From a candidate division WOR-3 bacterium (GTDB lineage Bacteria; Hydrothermota; Tepidihabitantia; Tepidihabitantales; DTDR01), in the NCBI GenBank assembly GCA_039801885.1, contig JBDRVN010000033.1, forward strand, positions 1-20,625: DNA of 20,625 bases. The letters are read 5' to 3'. Positions within the stretch are counted from its first letter, which is position 1. Each line of letters starts with the position of its first letter. The notes under the pieces are model-generated. The model made no database searches. It saw nothing but the letters and a program-made list of their open reading frames with translations, and had not been told where the DNA came from. Of this stretch, positions 1 to 10,116 are shown in pieces. A program made the translations under genes and the position numbers.

Positions 1-57
1 TTAGAAAAAGAGAATTTAAAGGTAAGAGATTGGGAAGTAGAATTTATTGAAAGATAA
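1..57 (+). CDS. 3' end of an upstream gene (partial, ...LEKENLKVRDWEVEFIER*)
   Basis: Frame 1 is open from the window edge to TAA at 55-57, with purine-rich coding-like composition; product cannot be identified. Confidence 0.5.
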   Translation, partial: LEKENLKVRDWEVEFIER

Positions 58-97
58 GAAAAATTTCTGGTAATAAAACCCAACAAAATCAAATTTA

Positions 98-126
98 TTG
101 ACTAATGGATAAATTTTTGTTATTAT
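98..126 (+). promoter_or_regulatory. sigma70-type promoter of the rpsP operon
   Basis: TTGACT (98-103), 17 bp spacer, TATTAT (121-126) with TGn extension; ATG at 139 with no SD. Confidence 0.7.
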
Positions 127-138
127 TATATATAACTC

Positions 139-417
139 ATGGTAAGAATAAGATTAACAAGGATGGGGAGAAAAGATATTCCCCATTATCGTATTGTTGT
201 TACTGATTCAAGAAATCCCCGAGATGGTAAATATATTGAGTGTGTTGGTTATTATAATCCAAAAAATGAACTTTTAGAAATTAACAAAGAAAGGGTTTCC
301 TACTGGCTCTCCTGTGGAGCCCAACCTACTGAGATAGTAAAACGATTGCTATCAAAAGTAGAAAAAGAAACAAACTTAAACCAACCTTTAAAAGGAGGTA
401 ACCATGATGTCGCTTAA
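139..417 (+). CDS. rpsP: 30S ribosomal protein S16
   Basis: [38 protein letters not shown] and GAQPT motifs of bS16. Confidence 0.98.
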   Translation: MVRIRLTRMGRKDIPHYRIVVTDSRNPRDGKYIECVGYYNPKNELLEINKERVSYWLSCGAQPTEIVKRLLSKVEKETNLNQPLKGGNHDVA

Positions 418-643
418 AGAACTTCTTGAAAACATAACTAAATCAATCGTTGATAATCCAGACCAAGTTCAACTTAAAGAGATCGCTGGTGAAAGAACCG
501 TTGTTTTTGAACTTCGTGTGGGTCAGGGCGATTTAGGAAAAATTATTGGTAAAGAGGGAAGAACAGCAAAAGCCCTGAGACAGCTCTTAGCAGCCGCCGC
601 AATGAAACAAGGAAAGAGAGCCCAGTTGGAAATTCTGGAATAA
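407..643 (+). CDS. khpA: KH-domain RNA-binding protein KhpA
   Basis: [19 protein letters not shown] motif; directly after rpsP; SD AGGAGGT at 393-399 (start at 404 or 407). Confidence 0.93.
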   Translation: MSLKELLENITKSIVDNPDQVQLKEIAGERTVVFELRVGQGDLGKIIGKEGRTAKALRQLLAAAAMKQGKRAQLEILE

Positions 644-684
644 CTACATTCTTAATATATTTACCGTCTCGGGGAAACACCAAT

Positions 685-1419
685 GTGAAAGTTCATATAA
701 TAACAATTTTTCCTGAATATTTCCAAGGAATAATTAATACCGGCGTAATAAAAATTGCCCAAAATAAAAGTTTATTAGATTTAAAGATTTTGAATTTAAG
801 GGATTTTACTGATGACCCTTATCGGCAAGTAGATGATTACCCTTATGGCGGCGGAGCAGGAATGATTATGAAACCCGAACCAATATTTAGAGCAGTAAAT
901 TCTGTAAAAGAAAAAGATTCTAAGGTAATTTTACTTTCTCCCCAAGGAAAGGTTTTTAATCAAAAGATGGCTTTTGAGTTATCTAAATTACCCCATTTAA
1001 TTTTTATCTGCGGACGTTACAAAGGTGTTGATGGCAGAGTAAGTGAATATCTTTGTGATATGGAGATTTCTATTGGTGATTATATTATCTCTGGTGGCGA
1101 AGCAGCCTGCGCGGTAATCTTAGAGGCAATAGTAAGATTGATTGAAGGAGTAGTTGGCGATTACGAATCAATTGAAACCGATTCTTTTGTCTCCGGTTTG
1201 TTAGATGCCACTTATTATACCCGTCCCCAAGATTTTATGGGTTACAAAGTTCCGGAAGTTTTGCTTTCCGGTAATCACGAATTAATAAGGAAATGGCGAA
1301 GAAAATCATCTCTTTTAAATACTTTGAAAAACCGACCAGACTTATTAAAAACTGCTAATTTAACCGAAGAAGATAAAGAGTTATTGAAAGAGATTGAAAA
1401 AGAATCAAAAGAAAAATGA
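685..1419 (+). CDS. trmD: tRNA (guanine37-N1)-methyltransferase
   Basis: VDDYPYGGGAGM, LSPQG, SIGDYIISGGE and VPEVLLSGNH motifs; GTG start. Confidence 0.98.
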   Translation: MKVHIITIFPEYFQGIINTGVIKIAQNKSLLDLKILNLRDFTDDPYRQVDDYPYGGGAGMIMKPEPIFRAVNSVKEKDSKVILLSPQGKVFNQKMAFELSKLPHLIFICGRYKGVDGRVSEYLCDMEISIGDYIISGGEAACAVILEAIVRLIEGVVGDYESIETDSFVSGLLDATYYTRPQDFMGYKVPEVLLSGNHELIRKWRRKSSLLNTLKNRPDLLKTANLTEEDKELLKEIEKESKEK

Positions 1420-2744
1420 GAAAATATTTCATCAAAACTTACGGCTGCCAAATGAATTTATCCGATAGTTCGGTGGTAAGTAGAATTTTAGAGGATGCCG
1501 GCTTTAAAAAAACCGAAAATCTTAAAGAGGCGGATATAATTTTAATACTTACCTGTGTGGTAAGAGAACACGCGGAAAAAAGGGCATTAGGTCAAATTCT
1601 TTCTTTAAGTTCTTTAAAGAAAAGGAAGAAGTGTTTAATTGGAATATTAGGCTGTATGGCAAGGAGTTTAAAAGAGAAAATAACCGCTGGCTTTATAAAA
1701 GAGAATTCCATTGATTTCCTTTTAGGTCCGGATGCCTATCGGAAATTACCAGAAATAATTGAAGAGAAATTTAAAAATTATGAAAATAAACCAATCACCA
1801 TTATTGAAGAAGAAAAGGAAACCTACTGCGATATTTTACCAGAAATTAATCAAGAAGGAATAGAAGGTTTTGTTACTATTATGCGTGGCTGCGATAATTT
1901 TTGTTCCTATTGTATTGTTCCTTATGTCCGAGGAAGGGAAAGATCCAGACCAATTTCCTCTATTCTTCAAGAAATAGATTTTCTATTATCAAATGGGAAA
2001 ATATTAATAACTCTTTTAGGACAAAATGTCCTTGGCTATAAAGATAAAGAAAATGGCAAAATATTAGATTTCTCTTATCTTTTAACCACCATAATTGAAA
2101 AATTCCCTAATTTAAGATATCTCCATTTTTTAACTTCCCATCCGAAAGATTTATCCTTTGAGTTAATTGAAAAAATTGCCCAGTTAATGAACGCAGGAAA
2201 ATTATTTAAAGAACTCCACTTACCCCTTCAATCAGGTTCTAATCGGATTTTAAAATTAATGAACCGAAAATATACCCAAGAAGAGTATTTTGAGAAGATT
2301 AAATATCTAAAAGAACTTGTGCCCGATGTAAGTGTTACTACTGATTTAATTGTTGGTTTTCCGACGGAAACCGAAGAAGATTACGAAGAAACTTTAGATA
2401 TGGTAAAAAAGATTGAGTTTGATTTTGCCTATATGTTTAAATATTCCGAAAGACCTTATACCCAAGCTCGAAATATTTTTCCCAAAATAAGTGAAGAAGT
2501 TAAACAAGAGAGATTAGAAAAATTAATCAATTTACAAAATGAAATTACCAAGAGAAAAAATGAAAAAATGATAGGTAATAATTATCCAATTATAATAATC
2601 AAAAATCAGAATAACGAATCATTAGGAAGATTACCAAATAATAAATTAGCAATTATGAAAGAGAAATTATCAATTGGTAAAGAATATATTATAAAAATTA
2701 TCAAAATTGATGGTTGGACACCAATTGGCAAAGTTATTAAATAA
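1416..2744 (+). CDS. miaB: tRNA-i6A37 methylthiotransferase MiaB (radical SAM)
   Basis: TYGCQMN UPF0004 domain, CDNFCSYC radical-SAM motif, HLPLQSGS, TDLIVGFP, degenerate TRAM tail; ATGA overlap with trmD. Confidence 0.92.
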   Translation: MRKYFIKTYGCQMNLSDSSVVSRILEDAGFKKTENLKEADIILILTCVVREHAEKRALGQILSLSSLKKRKKCLIGILGCMARSLKEKITAGFIKENSIDFLLGPDAYRKLPEIIEEKFKNYENKPITIIEEEKETYCDILPEINQEGIEGFVTIMRGCDNFCSYCIVPYVRGRERSRPISSILQEIDFLLSNGKILITLLGQNVLGYKDKENGKILDFSYLLTTIIEKFPNLRYLHFLTSHPKDLSFELIEKIAQLMNAGKLFKELHLPLQSGSNRILKLMNRKYTQEEYFEKIKYLKELVPDVSVTTDLIVGFPTETEEDYEETLDMVKKIEFDFAYMFKYSERPYTQARNIFPKISEEVKQERLEKLINLQNEITKRKNEKMIGNNYPIIIIKNQNNESLGRLPNNKLAIMKEKLSIGKEYIIKIIKIDGWTPIGKVIK

Positions 2745-2752
2745 TTTAATAA

Positions 2753-2780
2753 TTGACTTTTTTGAAAAATTATTTAAAGT
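2753..2780 (+). promoter_or_regulatory. putative sigma70 promoter of lapA-lapB-mutS
   Basis: TTGACT (2753-2758), 16 bp spacer, TAAAGT (2775-2780); SD AAGGAGG before ATG 2819. Confidence 0.5.
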
Positions 2781-2818
2781 AAATAAGAAAGAATGGTTAA
2801 AGATTTAAAGGAGGATTT

Positions 2819-3124
2819 ATGAATATTTTAAGAATTATTTTGGTTTTTTTCATTTGTTTTCTATTAATAACCATTACTTTACAAAACTTGGAACCGGTAG
2901 AAAAAATAAAGGTATTTTTTGATGAGTTCTCAAAGGTTCCTTTAGCCAGTATTATTCTTATTGCCTATCTTTTTGGATTATTAACTGTCGGAATTTTCGC
3001 AATTATTAGTGAAATAAAATCAAAAACCGAAATTAGAAAATTGAAAAAGGAAAAAGAGGCTTTGCTTGCGGAATTAAGTGATTTAAGAAACTATTTTTTA
3101 GTTGAAAAAGGAGAAGAGAAATGA
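2819..3124 (+). CDS. lapA: LapA family membrane protein (LPS assembly protein A-like)
   Basis: TM-QN..PV-loop-PL-TM-coiled coil architecture; immediately upstream of a LapB-like gene. Confidence 0.8.
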   Translation: MNILRIILVFFICFLLITITLQNLEPVEKIKVFFDEFSKVPLASIILIAYLFGLLTVGIFAIISEIKSKTEIRKLKKEKEALLAELSDLRNYFLVEKGEEK

Positions 3125-4221
3125 CTATTTTAATAATTTTTATAATCTTTGTGCTTTTTGTTGCTCTCTATTCAATTATTATTAGCCTAATTAAAAAACC
3201 AAAATTCTTTCCTACCCTTTTTACCGAAAGTTTGATTTCTTATGTAGCAGGAAAAAAGGAAGAGGCAATTAAGAAAATGGAGGAACTGGTAAAAACTAAT
3301 AGTGAATTTATTGATGGCTATCTTTATTTAATCGATTGGTATCAAGAAAAAGGAGATATAGAAAAGGCAAAAAAGATAAATGAATTATTATCGCTACGCA
3401 GAAATCTACCAAAAGATAAGGAGCTAATTATTTTCAAAAAACTCGCTTATTTCTTAGCAAAAGATGGCAGATATTTTAAGGCAATTAGTATATTAGAAGA
3501 GATAATAAAAAGCGGTTGGAAAGATAAGGAGAGTGCCTCCCTACTTTTTACATTATATCTAAAAACAGAAAATTATTCCCAAGCGGTTGAATTTTTAAAT
3601 AAATACGGAAACCTGTTTGATAAAAATCAACTTGCCACTTTTTATGCCGAATTAGGAAAAAATCTTTTTATAAAAGATAAAAAAGAAGCCAAGGAATATT
3701 TAGAAAAATCTTTAAAATATGATGAGAAATCTTTTTATGGTTTATTATATTCAGGAAATTATTATGAAAATGAAAAAGAATACGAAGAGGCAATTTCTTA
3801 TTGGTTAAAACTTTTAAGAAATTATCCACAAAAACTTTTTCTTATTAAAGACAAATTAGCCAATGCCTTATTCTCTTTAGGCCGTTATGAGGAATTGGTA
3901 AATATTTATAAAGAATTTGGCAGGGAAACAAAAGAAAAAGAATACTATTGGGAAATCTTGGAATTTTATGAAAAGATGGAAAATCTAAAAGAAGCGATTA
4001 ATATTTTAGAAAAGGAAAAAGATAGAATACCGGAAATTTATCTTCTTTTAGCCAAGGCGTATTTAAAACTAAATGATTTGGAAGAGGCTTATAAGAATCT
4101 TGGTAGTTATATAGAAATTATTAAAAATAAAGAAAAAATTAACTGTCCTTATTGTCAAAAGGAATTGAAGGAACCTACGGCTGTCTGTTTTGAATGTTGG
4201 CAATGGAATGTCAAAGGATAA
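3121..4221 (+). CDS. lapB: LapB-like TPR protein with C-terminal rubredoxin-like CxxC..CxxC
   Basis: N-terminal TM anchor, TPR-like helical repeats, CPYC...CFECWQW tail; follows lapA. Confidence 0.75.
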   Translation: MTILIIFIIFVLFVALYSIIISLIKKPKFFPTLFTESLISYVAGKKEEAIKKMEELVKTNSEFIDGYLYLIDWYQEKGDIEKAKKINELLSLRRNLPKDKELIIFKKLAYFLAKDGRYFKAISILEEIIKSGWKDKESASLLFTLYLKTENYSQAVEFLNKYGNLFDKNQLATFYAELGKNLFIKDKKEAKEYLEKSLKYDEKSFYGLLYSGNYYENEKEYEEAISYWLKLLRNYPQKLFLIKDKLANALFSLGRYEELVNIYKEFGRETKEKEYYWEILEFYEKMENLKEAINILEKEKDRIPEIYLLLAKAYLKLNDLEEAYKNLGSYIEIIKNKEKINCPYCQKELKEPTAVCFECWQWNVKG

Positions 4222-6793
4222 AGAAAGTTTAACTCCCCTTTTAGCCCAATATCATCAAATTAAAAGAAAGCATCAAGATGCTATTCTGCTTTTTCGTTTG
4301 GGTGATTTTTATGAGATGTTTTATGAAGATGCGAAAATTGCTTCCAAAGTCTTAAGTCTTACTCTTACTTCTCGTGCCTATGGAAAGAGTGAAAAAATCC
4401 CTTTGGCTGGAATTCCTTATAAATCACTGGATAATTATCTTGCGAAACTAATAAAAGCCGGCTATAAAGTAGCCATCTGTGAACAGTTAGAGATTCCGGA
4501 AACTTCTCAAAAGATTATTAAAAGAGAAGTAGTTGAAGTAATAACTCCCGGTGCCATTTCCCGACCTTCGCTATTAGAAGAGAAAAAAAACCATTTTCTT
4601 CTTTCGATTTATTTAGAAGAAAATTGCGGTATTGCTTATTGCGATATCTCTACTGGTGATTTTTATGTCAGCTTAATAAAAAAAGAAGAGATAAAAGAAG
4701 AACTTTTAAAAATTGACCCGAAAGAAATTATTTATCCCCAAGATAAAAAAGAGATTGAAGATTTAATAAAAAAAGATTTTTGTTTAACCCCCTTGGATTC
4801 TTATTATTTCTCTTATGATTTTGCCTATGAGAAATTAAAGAAATTCTTTGATGTTGCTAATTTAGTAGGTTTTGGTATTGAAAACCTTTTAGAAATTATC
4901 AGTGCTGCTGGTGCCTGCCTTTATTATTTAGAAGAAACCCAAAAAGGTGCTTTAAATAATATTTCTAAAATAACTTATCAAGAGTTAAATAATTATTTAG
5001 TTTTAGATAAACCAACAAGAAGAAATTTAGAATTATTGGAAAGAATTAGTGATAATAGCATAGAAGGTTCTTTACTCTCGGTTATTGATAAAACCTTAAC
5101 ACCACAAGGAGGAAGACTTTTAAGAAGATGGCTTTTATATCCTTTATTAGATATTAATGAAATTTTTCACCGGCTCTCAGCAGTAGAAAAGGTCTATTCT
5201 TCTTATTCTCTAATGAAAGAATTAGAAAATAATTTAGAAAAGATTGGTGATATTGAAAGAATTGCTTCCCGAATAGCAACTGAAAGAGCCAATGCGCGAG
5301 ATTTGATAAATTTAAAAGAGTGGCTAAAAATTTCTTTCCCATTAAAAGAGTTATTAATCAATAACGATAATGAAAGACTTAGAAATTTAGGAGAAAAAAT
5401 TGCTGATTTTAATAATTTAATTGAAAGAATCGAAAAGACAGTTATTGAAGATCCACCTTTAACAATTACCGAAGGCGAAATTATTAAAAAAGGAGTTTCC
5501 GAACTTTTAGATGAACTGCGGACAATCTCCCAAAATGCCAAAGATTATATTTTAAAAATTGAAGAAAAAGAGAAAAAAAGAACCGGTATTCCGACTTTAA
5601 GGATTGGGTACAACTCAGTTTTTGGCTATTATATTGAAGTGACAAAATCTTATGTGAAATATGTGCCCAAAGATTATATCCGAAAACAGACCTTATCTAA
5701 TGCCGAAAGGTTTATCACACCGGAATTGAAGGAATACGAAACAAAAATTTTAACTGCTGATGAAAAAATTAAGGCATTGGAATACGAAATTTTTATTAAT
5801 TTACGAAAGGAGGTAAGCAAACAAATAAAAGAGGTATTTGAATTTGCCAAGATAGTTGCGGAAACTGACGTTTATCTTTCCTTGGCAAAGGTAGCAAGAG
5901 AAAAAAATTATGTAAAACCAATTATTGATAATGGTGACGAAATTATTATCAAAGATGGCCGACATCCAGTAGTGGAAGAGTTACTTGGCGAAAGTTTTAT
6001 ACCTAATGATACTTATCTAAACAATACCACTAATCAAATCTTATTAATTACCGGACCGAATATGTCGGGAAAATCTACTTATTTAAGGCAGGTTGCTTTA
6101 ATTGTTATCCTTGCCCAAATGGGTTCTTTTGTCCCGGCAAGTTATTGTAAAATTGGTGTGGTAGATAAGATTTTCACAAGAATCGGTGCTTCTGATGACC
6201 TTTCGAGAGGCGTTTCAACATTTCTTGCTGAAATGCAAGAGACCGCTAATATTCTAAACAATGCTACCGAGAGAAGTTTAGTAATCTTAGACGAAGTTGG
6301 TCGGGGAACTGCTACTTACGATGGATTGGCAATTGCCTGGGCAACTACTGAATATCTTCATTCTCATCCCAAAATTCGTCCAAAAACAATTTTTGCTACC
6401 CATTTCCATGAACTTACTGATATTGCCCGTTATTTACCAAGAGTAAAAAATTACACCTTTTTAGTAAAAGAAAAGGGCGATGAAATTATTTTTTTAAGAA
6501 AATTAGTAGAAGGCGCCAGTTCGCGCAGTTATGGAATAGATGTCGCAAAACTGGCTGGTCTTCCCAAGGAAGTAATTGAAAGGGCAAGAGAAGTATTAAA
6601 ATACTTAGAAAATGGCGAAGAAGTAAGCCTCAAAGGTTTAAAAGATAAAAATCCCTTACAATTAACATTATTCTATCCTGTTGAACATCCAATTTTAGAA
6701 GAACTTAAAAAATTAAATCTTAATGAACTCTCTCCTTTGGAAGTCTTCCAAATAGTCCTTAACTGGCAGAAAAAAATAAAAGAAGAAAAATAA
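4208..6793 (+). CDS. mutS: DNA mismatch repair protein MutS
   Basis: TPLLAQY, FRLGDFYEMF, ITGPNMSGKSTYLRQ, STF..EM, LDEVGRGT, FATHFHEL, SYGIDVAKLAGLP; ATG 4208 preferred over 4190. Confidence 0.98.
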   Translation: MSKDKESLTPLLAQYHQIKRKHQDAILLFRLGDFYEMFYEDAKIASKVLSLTLTSRAYGKSEKIPLAGIPYKSLDNYLAKLIKAGYKVAICEQLEIPETSQKIIKREVVEVITPGAISRPSLLEEKKNHFLLSIYLEENCGIAYCDISTGDFYVSLIKKEEIKEELLKIDPKEIIYPQDKKEIEDLIKKDFCLTPLDSYYFSYDFAYEKLKKFFDVANLVGFGIENLLEIISAAGACLYYLEETQKGALNNISKITYQELNNYLVLDKPTRRNLELLERISDNSIEGSLLSVIDKTLTPQGGRLLRRWLLYPLLDINEIFHRLSAVEKVYSSYSLMKELENNLEKIGDIERIASRIATERANARDLINLKEWLKISFPLKELLINNDNERLRNLGEKIADFNNLIERIEKTVIEDPPLTITEGEIIKKGVSELLDELRTISQNAKDYILKIEEKEKKRTGIPTLRIGYNSVFGYYIEVTKSYVKYVPKDYIRKQTLSNAERFITPELKEYETKILTADEKIKALEYEIFINLRKEVSKQIKEVFEFAKIVAETDVYLSLAKVAREKNYVKPIIDNGDEIIIKDGRHPVVEELLGESFIPNDTYLNNTTNQILLITGPNMSGKSTYLRQVALIVILAQMGSFVPASYCKIGVVDKIFTRIGASDDLSRGVSTFLAEMQETANILNNATERSLVILDEVGRGTATYDGLAIAWATTEYLHSHPKIRPKTIFATHFHELTDIARYLPRVKNYTFLVKEKGDEIIFLRKLVEGASSRSYGIDVAKLAGLPKEVIERAREVLKYLENGEEVSLKGLKDKNPLQLTLFYPVEHPILEELKKLNLNELSPLEVFQIVLNWQKKIKEEK

Positions 6794-6823
6794 AACTGAT
6801 TTTACAAAATTGGTTTCTCCATT

Positions 6824-7651
6824 TTATAATTCGCGCATCTCTTCAATAGGTATTTCTTTGACACTTCTCATTAAATATATGTCAATGACGAAAAGAATTA
6901 TTATCCATATCAAAAGTATTATCATTGAATAGCGAGGATGAATCAAAATTGATTCTTTAGTGAGAAGTTCACCCCATTTCAATGGTATCGGTTTACCAAA
7001 ATAAGCATAAGCGGTTAAGGTATATATATTATTGAAGGGCGAAGCATATACTATAACTTGATTGGCAACTCCAAAAATTTGAAAATAAACCAAAGCAAAA
7101 TTTATCATCATTGGGAAAAATGAAACTAATCGGACAGATTTAACCTTTTTTATAAGTATAAGAATAAAAATAATCGTCGCCGCCAGCAAATAGTAAAAAA
7201 TTCCGCTTATTCCTATTATTAAAAAGGCAAGCAATGGGTTTGCCGGCAAAAGATTATAAGAAAAAGCATGACTAAAAATTCCGTAGGTACAAATTATTAA
7301 TATTGCAGCAAGAAAAGACGAATAAAGAAAGGTTCCCAAAATAATTTGTGAGAAAAAAGAAATCGTAGAGATTTTACCATACTTAACTATATAGGGTAAA
7401 CTTGATGTAATGAAAAGAAAATAATAACATAAACTTACACATAACGCAGCAAGCGAAAATGTGCCAGCGGCACCATACCAACTAGCTGTGTAACCAATTT
7501 TAACTTCGTAAAAAGCAATAACATCTTTTGGCATTCCTTTACTAAAAAGATAAGCACCCATAAAAAGCCAAAAGACCACAAATATTATTGACCAGAAAAA
7601 AGTCTCTTTGGAAAGAAATAATGATTTAATGTAATATTTAAATATTTTCAT
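6824..7651 (-). CDS. ABC-2-type exporter permease (about 6 TM)
   Basis: Multiple hydrophobic helices; ATGA-coupled to the upstream ABC ATPase. Confidence 0.75.
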   Translation of the reverse strand: MKIFKYYIKSLFLSKETFFWSIIFVVFWLFMGAYLFSKGMPKDVIAFYEVKIGYTASWYGAAGTFSLAALCVSLCYYFLFITSSLPYIVKYGKISTISFFSQIILGTFLYSSFLAAILIICTYGIFSHAFSYNLLPANPLLAFLIIGISGIFYYLLAATIIFILILIKKVKSVRLVSFFPMMINFALVYFQIFGVANQVIVYASPFNNIYTLTAYAYFGKPIPLKWGELLTKESILIHPRYSMIILLIWIIILFVIDIYLMRSVKEIPIEEMREL

Positions 7652-8442
7652 ATCAAAATCTCGTATATCCTAGTTATATCCATAAAATCTTTTAATTTAT
7701 AATCACCAATTTTATCACTTAAGTAAATTTTCTTACCACCCACTTCTATAACCAAAAGAGGATTTTCTACATCTTTTAAATGGATATAGGTCTCTAATAT
7801 TTTCTCCAAAGGCTGTAGCGGTCCGTACAGTTTGCCTTCAAAGATGAAATAAAGCGAATAGTTTGGAAAATATCCAAGAATGGGAAGCTGATGAGTTATT
7901 AGTAGAACTGCAGATTTATAATTTAGAATTAGATTTAAAATTTTTTCTCTTCGGGCAGGATCGACATTTTCAAAAGGTTCATCCAAAACTAAAAAATCGG
8001 GTTTTGATGCTATTGCCAGTATGTTACAAATAAGAATCTGTTGGCCTGCGGAAAGTTGGTGAAGTTTTTTCTTCCCTACATCTTTTAATCCTAAATTTTC
8101 TAAAAGAGTTTTGGCATATTCAAAATCTCCTCCCTTTAAGTGAATATAAAGGTCAAAAAGATCTCGCAGATTAATAGAGAATAACGAATAGACCGGTGGA
8201 TAGTTTGTTGCCAATCTTGTTTCAGCACGGATATTTTTAATTTCTTTACCAAAAATTTTTATTGAACCATTTTTAATTTTAAGCAATCCTAAAATTGTTT
8301 TTACTAATGTTGTTTTACCAGAACCATTGGGTCCCAATAAGATAACCTTTTCTCCTTCTTGAATATTAAGAGAAATGCCTTTTAATATCTCCTCTTTTCC
8401 GTAACTAACAAATATATCTTTAATTTCTAATAATCTATTCAC
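7648..8442 (-). CDS. ABC transporter ATP-binding protein
   Basis: Walker A GPNGSGKTT, signature LSAGQQ, Walker B LVLDEP, ITH switch. Start moved to GTG 8442 because the listed ORF start lies inside the tRNA. Confidence 0.92.
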   Translation of the reverse strand: MNRLLEIKDIFVSYGKEEILKGISLNIQEGEKVILLGPNGSGKTTLVKTILGLLKIKNGSIKIFGKEIKNIRAETRLATNYPPVYSLFSINLRDLFDLYIHLKGGDFEYAKTLLENLGLKDVGKKKLHQLSAGQQILICNILAIASKPDFLVLDEPFENVDPARREKILNLILNYKSAVLLITHQLPILGYFPNYSLYFIFEGKLYGPLQPLEKILETYIHLKDVENPLLVIEVGGKKIYLSDKIGDYKLKDFMDITRIYEILI

Positions 8443-8457
8443 TTTAATAAATAAATA

Positions 8458-8531
<74 letters not shown>

Positions 8532-8540
8532 ATTGGAATA

Positions 8541-8569
8541 AATATAAACAAAATTTTTTTAAAAGTCAA
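8541..8569 (-). promoter_or_regulatory. sigma70-type promoter of tRNA-Pro
   Basis: Minus strand TTGACT (8569-8564), 17 bp spacer, TATATT (8546-8541). Confidence 0.7.
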
Positions 8570-8574
8570 TAAAA

Positions 8575-10116
8575 TTATTTTTGAATTTTAAAAATGGTCA
8601 TCTCTGGCGGCGGAGTTTTATAAATCAACTGGAAATACTGAGGATAAATCTTTAATACCGGCAAAAGATACCTTTGAGAAGTACCTGTCCAATAAAAATT
8701 ATCGTATAAAAGATAGTCCGCTTTCTTTTCCAACATTTCTTTTAAAACTTCTTCTGGATTAGAAGAAAATTTATAAAGAAGGGATTTCCTTTTTGATATA
8801 AAGTAAGTAAATTCCGGCTTGCGAGAAATCACAATCGCCTTCTCTTCACTATTATCTTTTAGCCACTCTAAGGCTTTAAAATAATTCTGCCAATCCGGTG
8901 GATAACCGGCATATTTTTCACCGGCAAAATTTCTTATGGTGTTTTGAAAATTTTCTTTTATCATTTGAAAATCTCTTATTAAATAGAAAAGAAAGATAAG
9001 AAAAAGTAAAGGATAAGTAATAAAAGTGAGCTTATATTTTACAAAAAATTTCTCGCTACCTATTAAGATAAAATAAAGAAAGAAAATAAAGAAGGGGAAA
9101 AAAAATCTCTCGCTTGACCAAATTTCTGGCCAAGAAAAGATAATTAATGAAGAGAAAATAAAATAATAAAAAATTAATATGTCCAAAGGATTTTTCTTTT
9201 TTATAAAAGCAAAAAGGGCAAAAATTATTAAAAGGATTGTTAAAATGCCTGTTAAAATCTGCCAAGTTAATGGCGGAAATTCACTTAAATAAAAAATTTT
9301 AGGAATAACAACGAAATTGTAAAGATAGAAATTATTCAAAAATCTCTTTAAATATTCAGAAAAATTGATATTTCCCAATTCTGGCTGATAAGGGTTTTTC
9401 TGTAAAAATTGTTGCAAATAACTGCTTTTTTCTTCTACTTTTTTATTCCTTTTTTCCCAGGGGATAAAAGTAATCAAAAATACTGCTAAGGTAATTATTA
9501 AAAATTTATAATTCTTTTTAATAAGTAAATAAAGAAAAATTGCCAAAAGGAGGCTAATCCCAGCAGTGCGAATAAAAAAAGTAAAAATAGCAGAAATAAC
9601 AAAAAGAATAAAAAATTTAAAATCCTTCTTTCTTTCATATAAAATAAAGAGATAAAAAGTTAAAAGGGAAAAGAAGATAAAAGGTGGCTCAGAAAGTAAA
9701 ACATGAGAATTTTCAATTACTAAGGGAGAAAAGAAAAATAAGGCAATTAAAAGAAAGCACCATTTACTATCTTTAAAAATCTTTTTTATTAAGAAAAAAG
9801 AACCAATAAAGAAAAGTAAAGGTAAAAAATTTAAAAATAATGAATTCTCACCAAATATTAATAAAAAAGGAATAATCAATAAAGGAAAGCCAAAAGGATA
9901 TTGAGTATGAGGTCTTTCTTCAGGATGCCATAAGTCTTTATAACCTTTAAAACTTATTAAAGAACGAGCTAAAAGAAGATAATGAATATTATCGCCGCCC
10001 AAAGCTGGCTTTGGGTCATAAACAAAAATTGTTAATAATAGAAACATTGCAAATAAAATAAAGGAAATTTTCTTTTCTCCCATAACTAATTTATATCCTT
10101 TCTTATCTTTTTTCAT
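8575..10116 (-). CDS. GT-C fold membrane glycosyltransferase (PMT_2/ArnT-like)
   Basis: GGDNIHY first-loop motif, YPFGFP, LSEPPF, many TM helices and a soluble C-terminal domain (ALEWLKDN...IVISRKP). Confidence 0.78.
   Translation of the reverse strand: MKKDKKGYKLVMGEKKISFILFAMFLLLTIFVYDPKPALGGDNIHYLLLARSLISFKGYKDLWHPEERPHTQYPFGFPLLIIPFLLIFGENSLFLNFLPLLFFIGSFFLIKKIFKDSKWCFLLIALFFFSPLVIENSHVLLSEPPFIFFSLLTFYLFILYERKKDFKFFILFVISAIFTFFIRTAGISLLLAIFLYLLIKKNYKFLIITLAVFLITFIPWEKRNKKVEEKSSYLQQFLQKNPYQPELGNINFSEYLKRFLNNFYLYNFVVIPKIFYLSEFPPLTWQILTGILTILLIIFALFAFIKKKNPLDILIFYYFIFSSLIIFSWPEIWSSERFFFPFFIFFLYFILIGSEKFFVKYKLTFITYPLLFLIFLFYLIRDFQMIKENFQNTIRNFAGEKYAGYPPDWQNYFKALEWLKDNSEEKAIVISRKPEFTYFISKRKSLLYKFSSNPEEVLKEMLEKKADYLLYDNFYWTGTSQRYLLPVLKIYPQYFQLIYKTPPPEMTIFKIQK

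Noticed and set aside
1009..1044. TrmD CGRYKGVDGRV instead of CGRYEGIDERV as a sign of inactivation
   Set aside because: The YKG variant is common in Bacteroidota/FCB TrmD, and the other catalytic motifs are intact.
5154..5541. Two minus-strand ORFs inside mutS
   Set aside because: Antisense shadows of a conserved gene, with no motifs.
6794..6823. attR copy of the tRNA-Pro 3' end or an intrinsic terminator between mutS and the permease
   Set aside because: No match to the tRNA 3' end; only a weak AT-rich imperfect hairpin.
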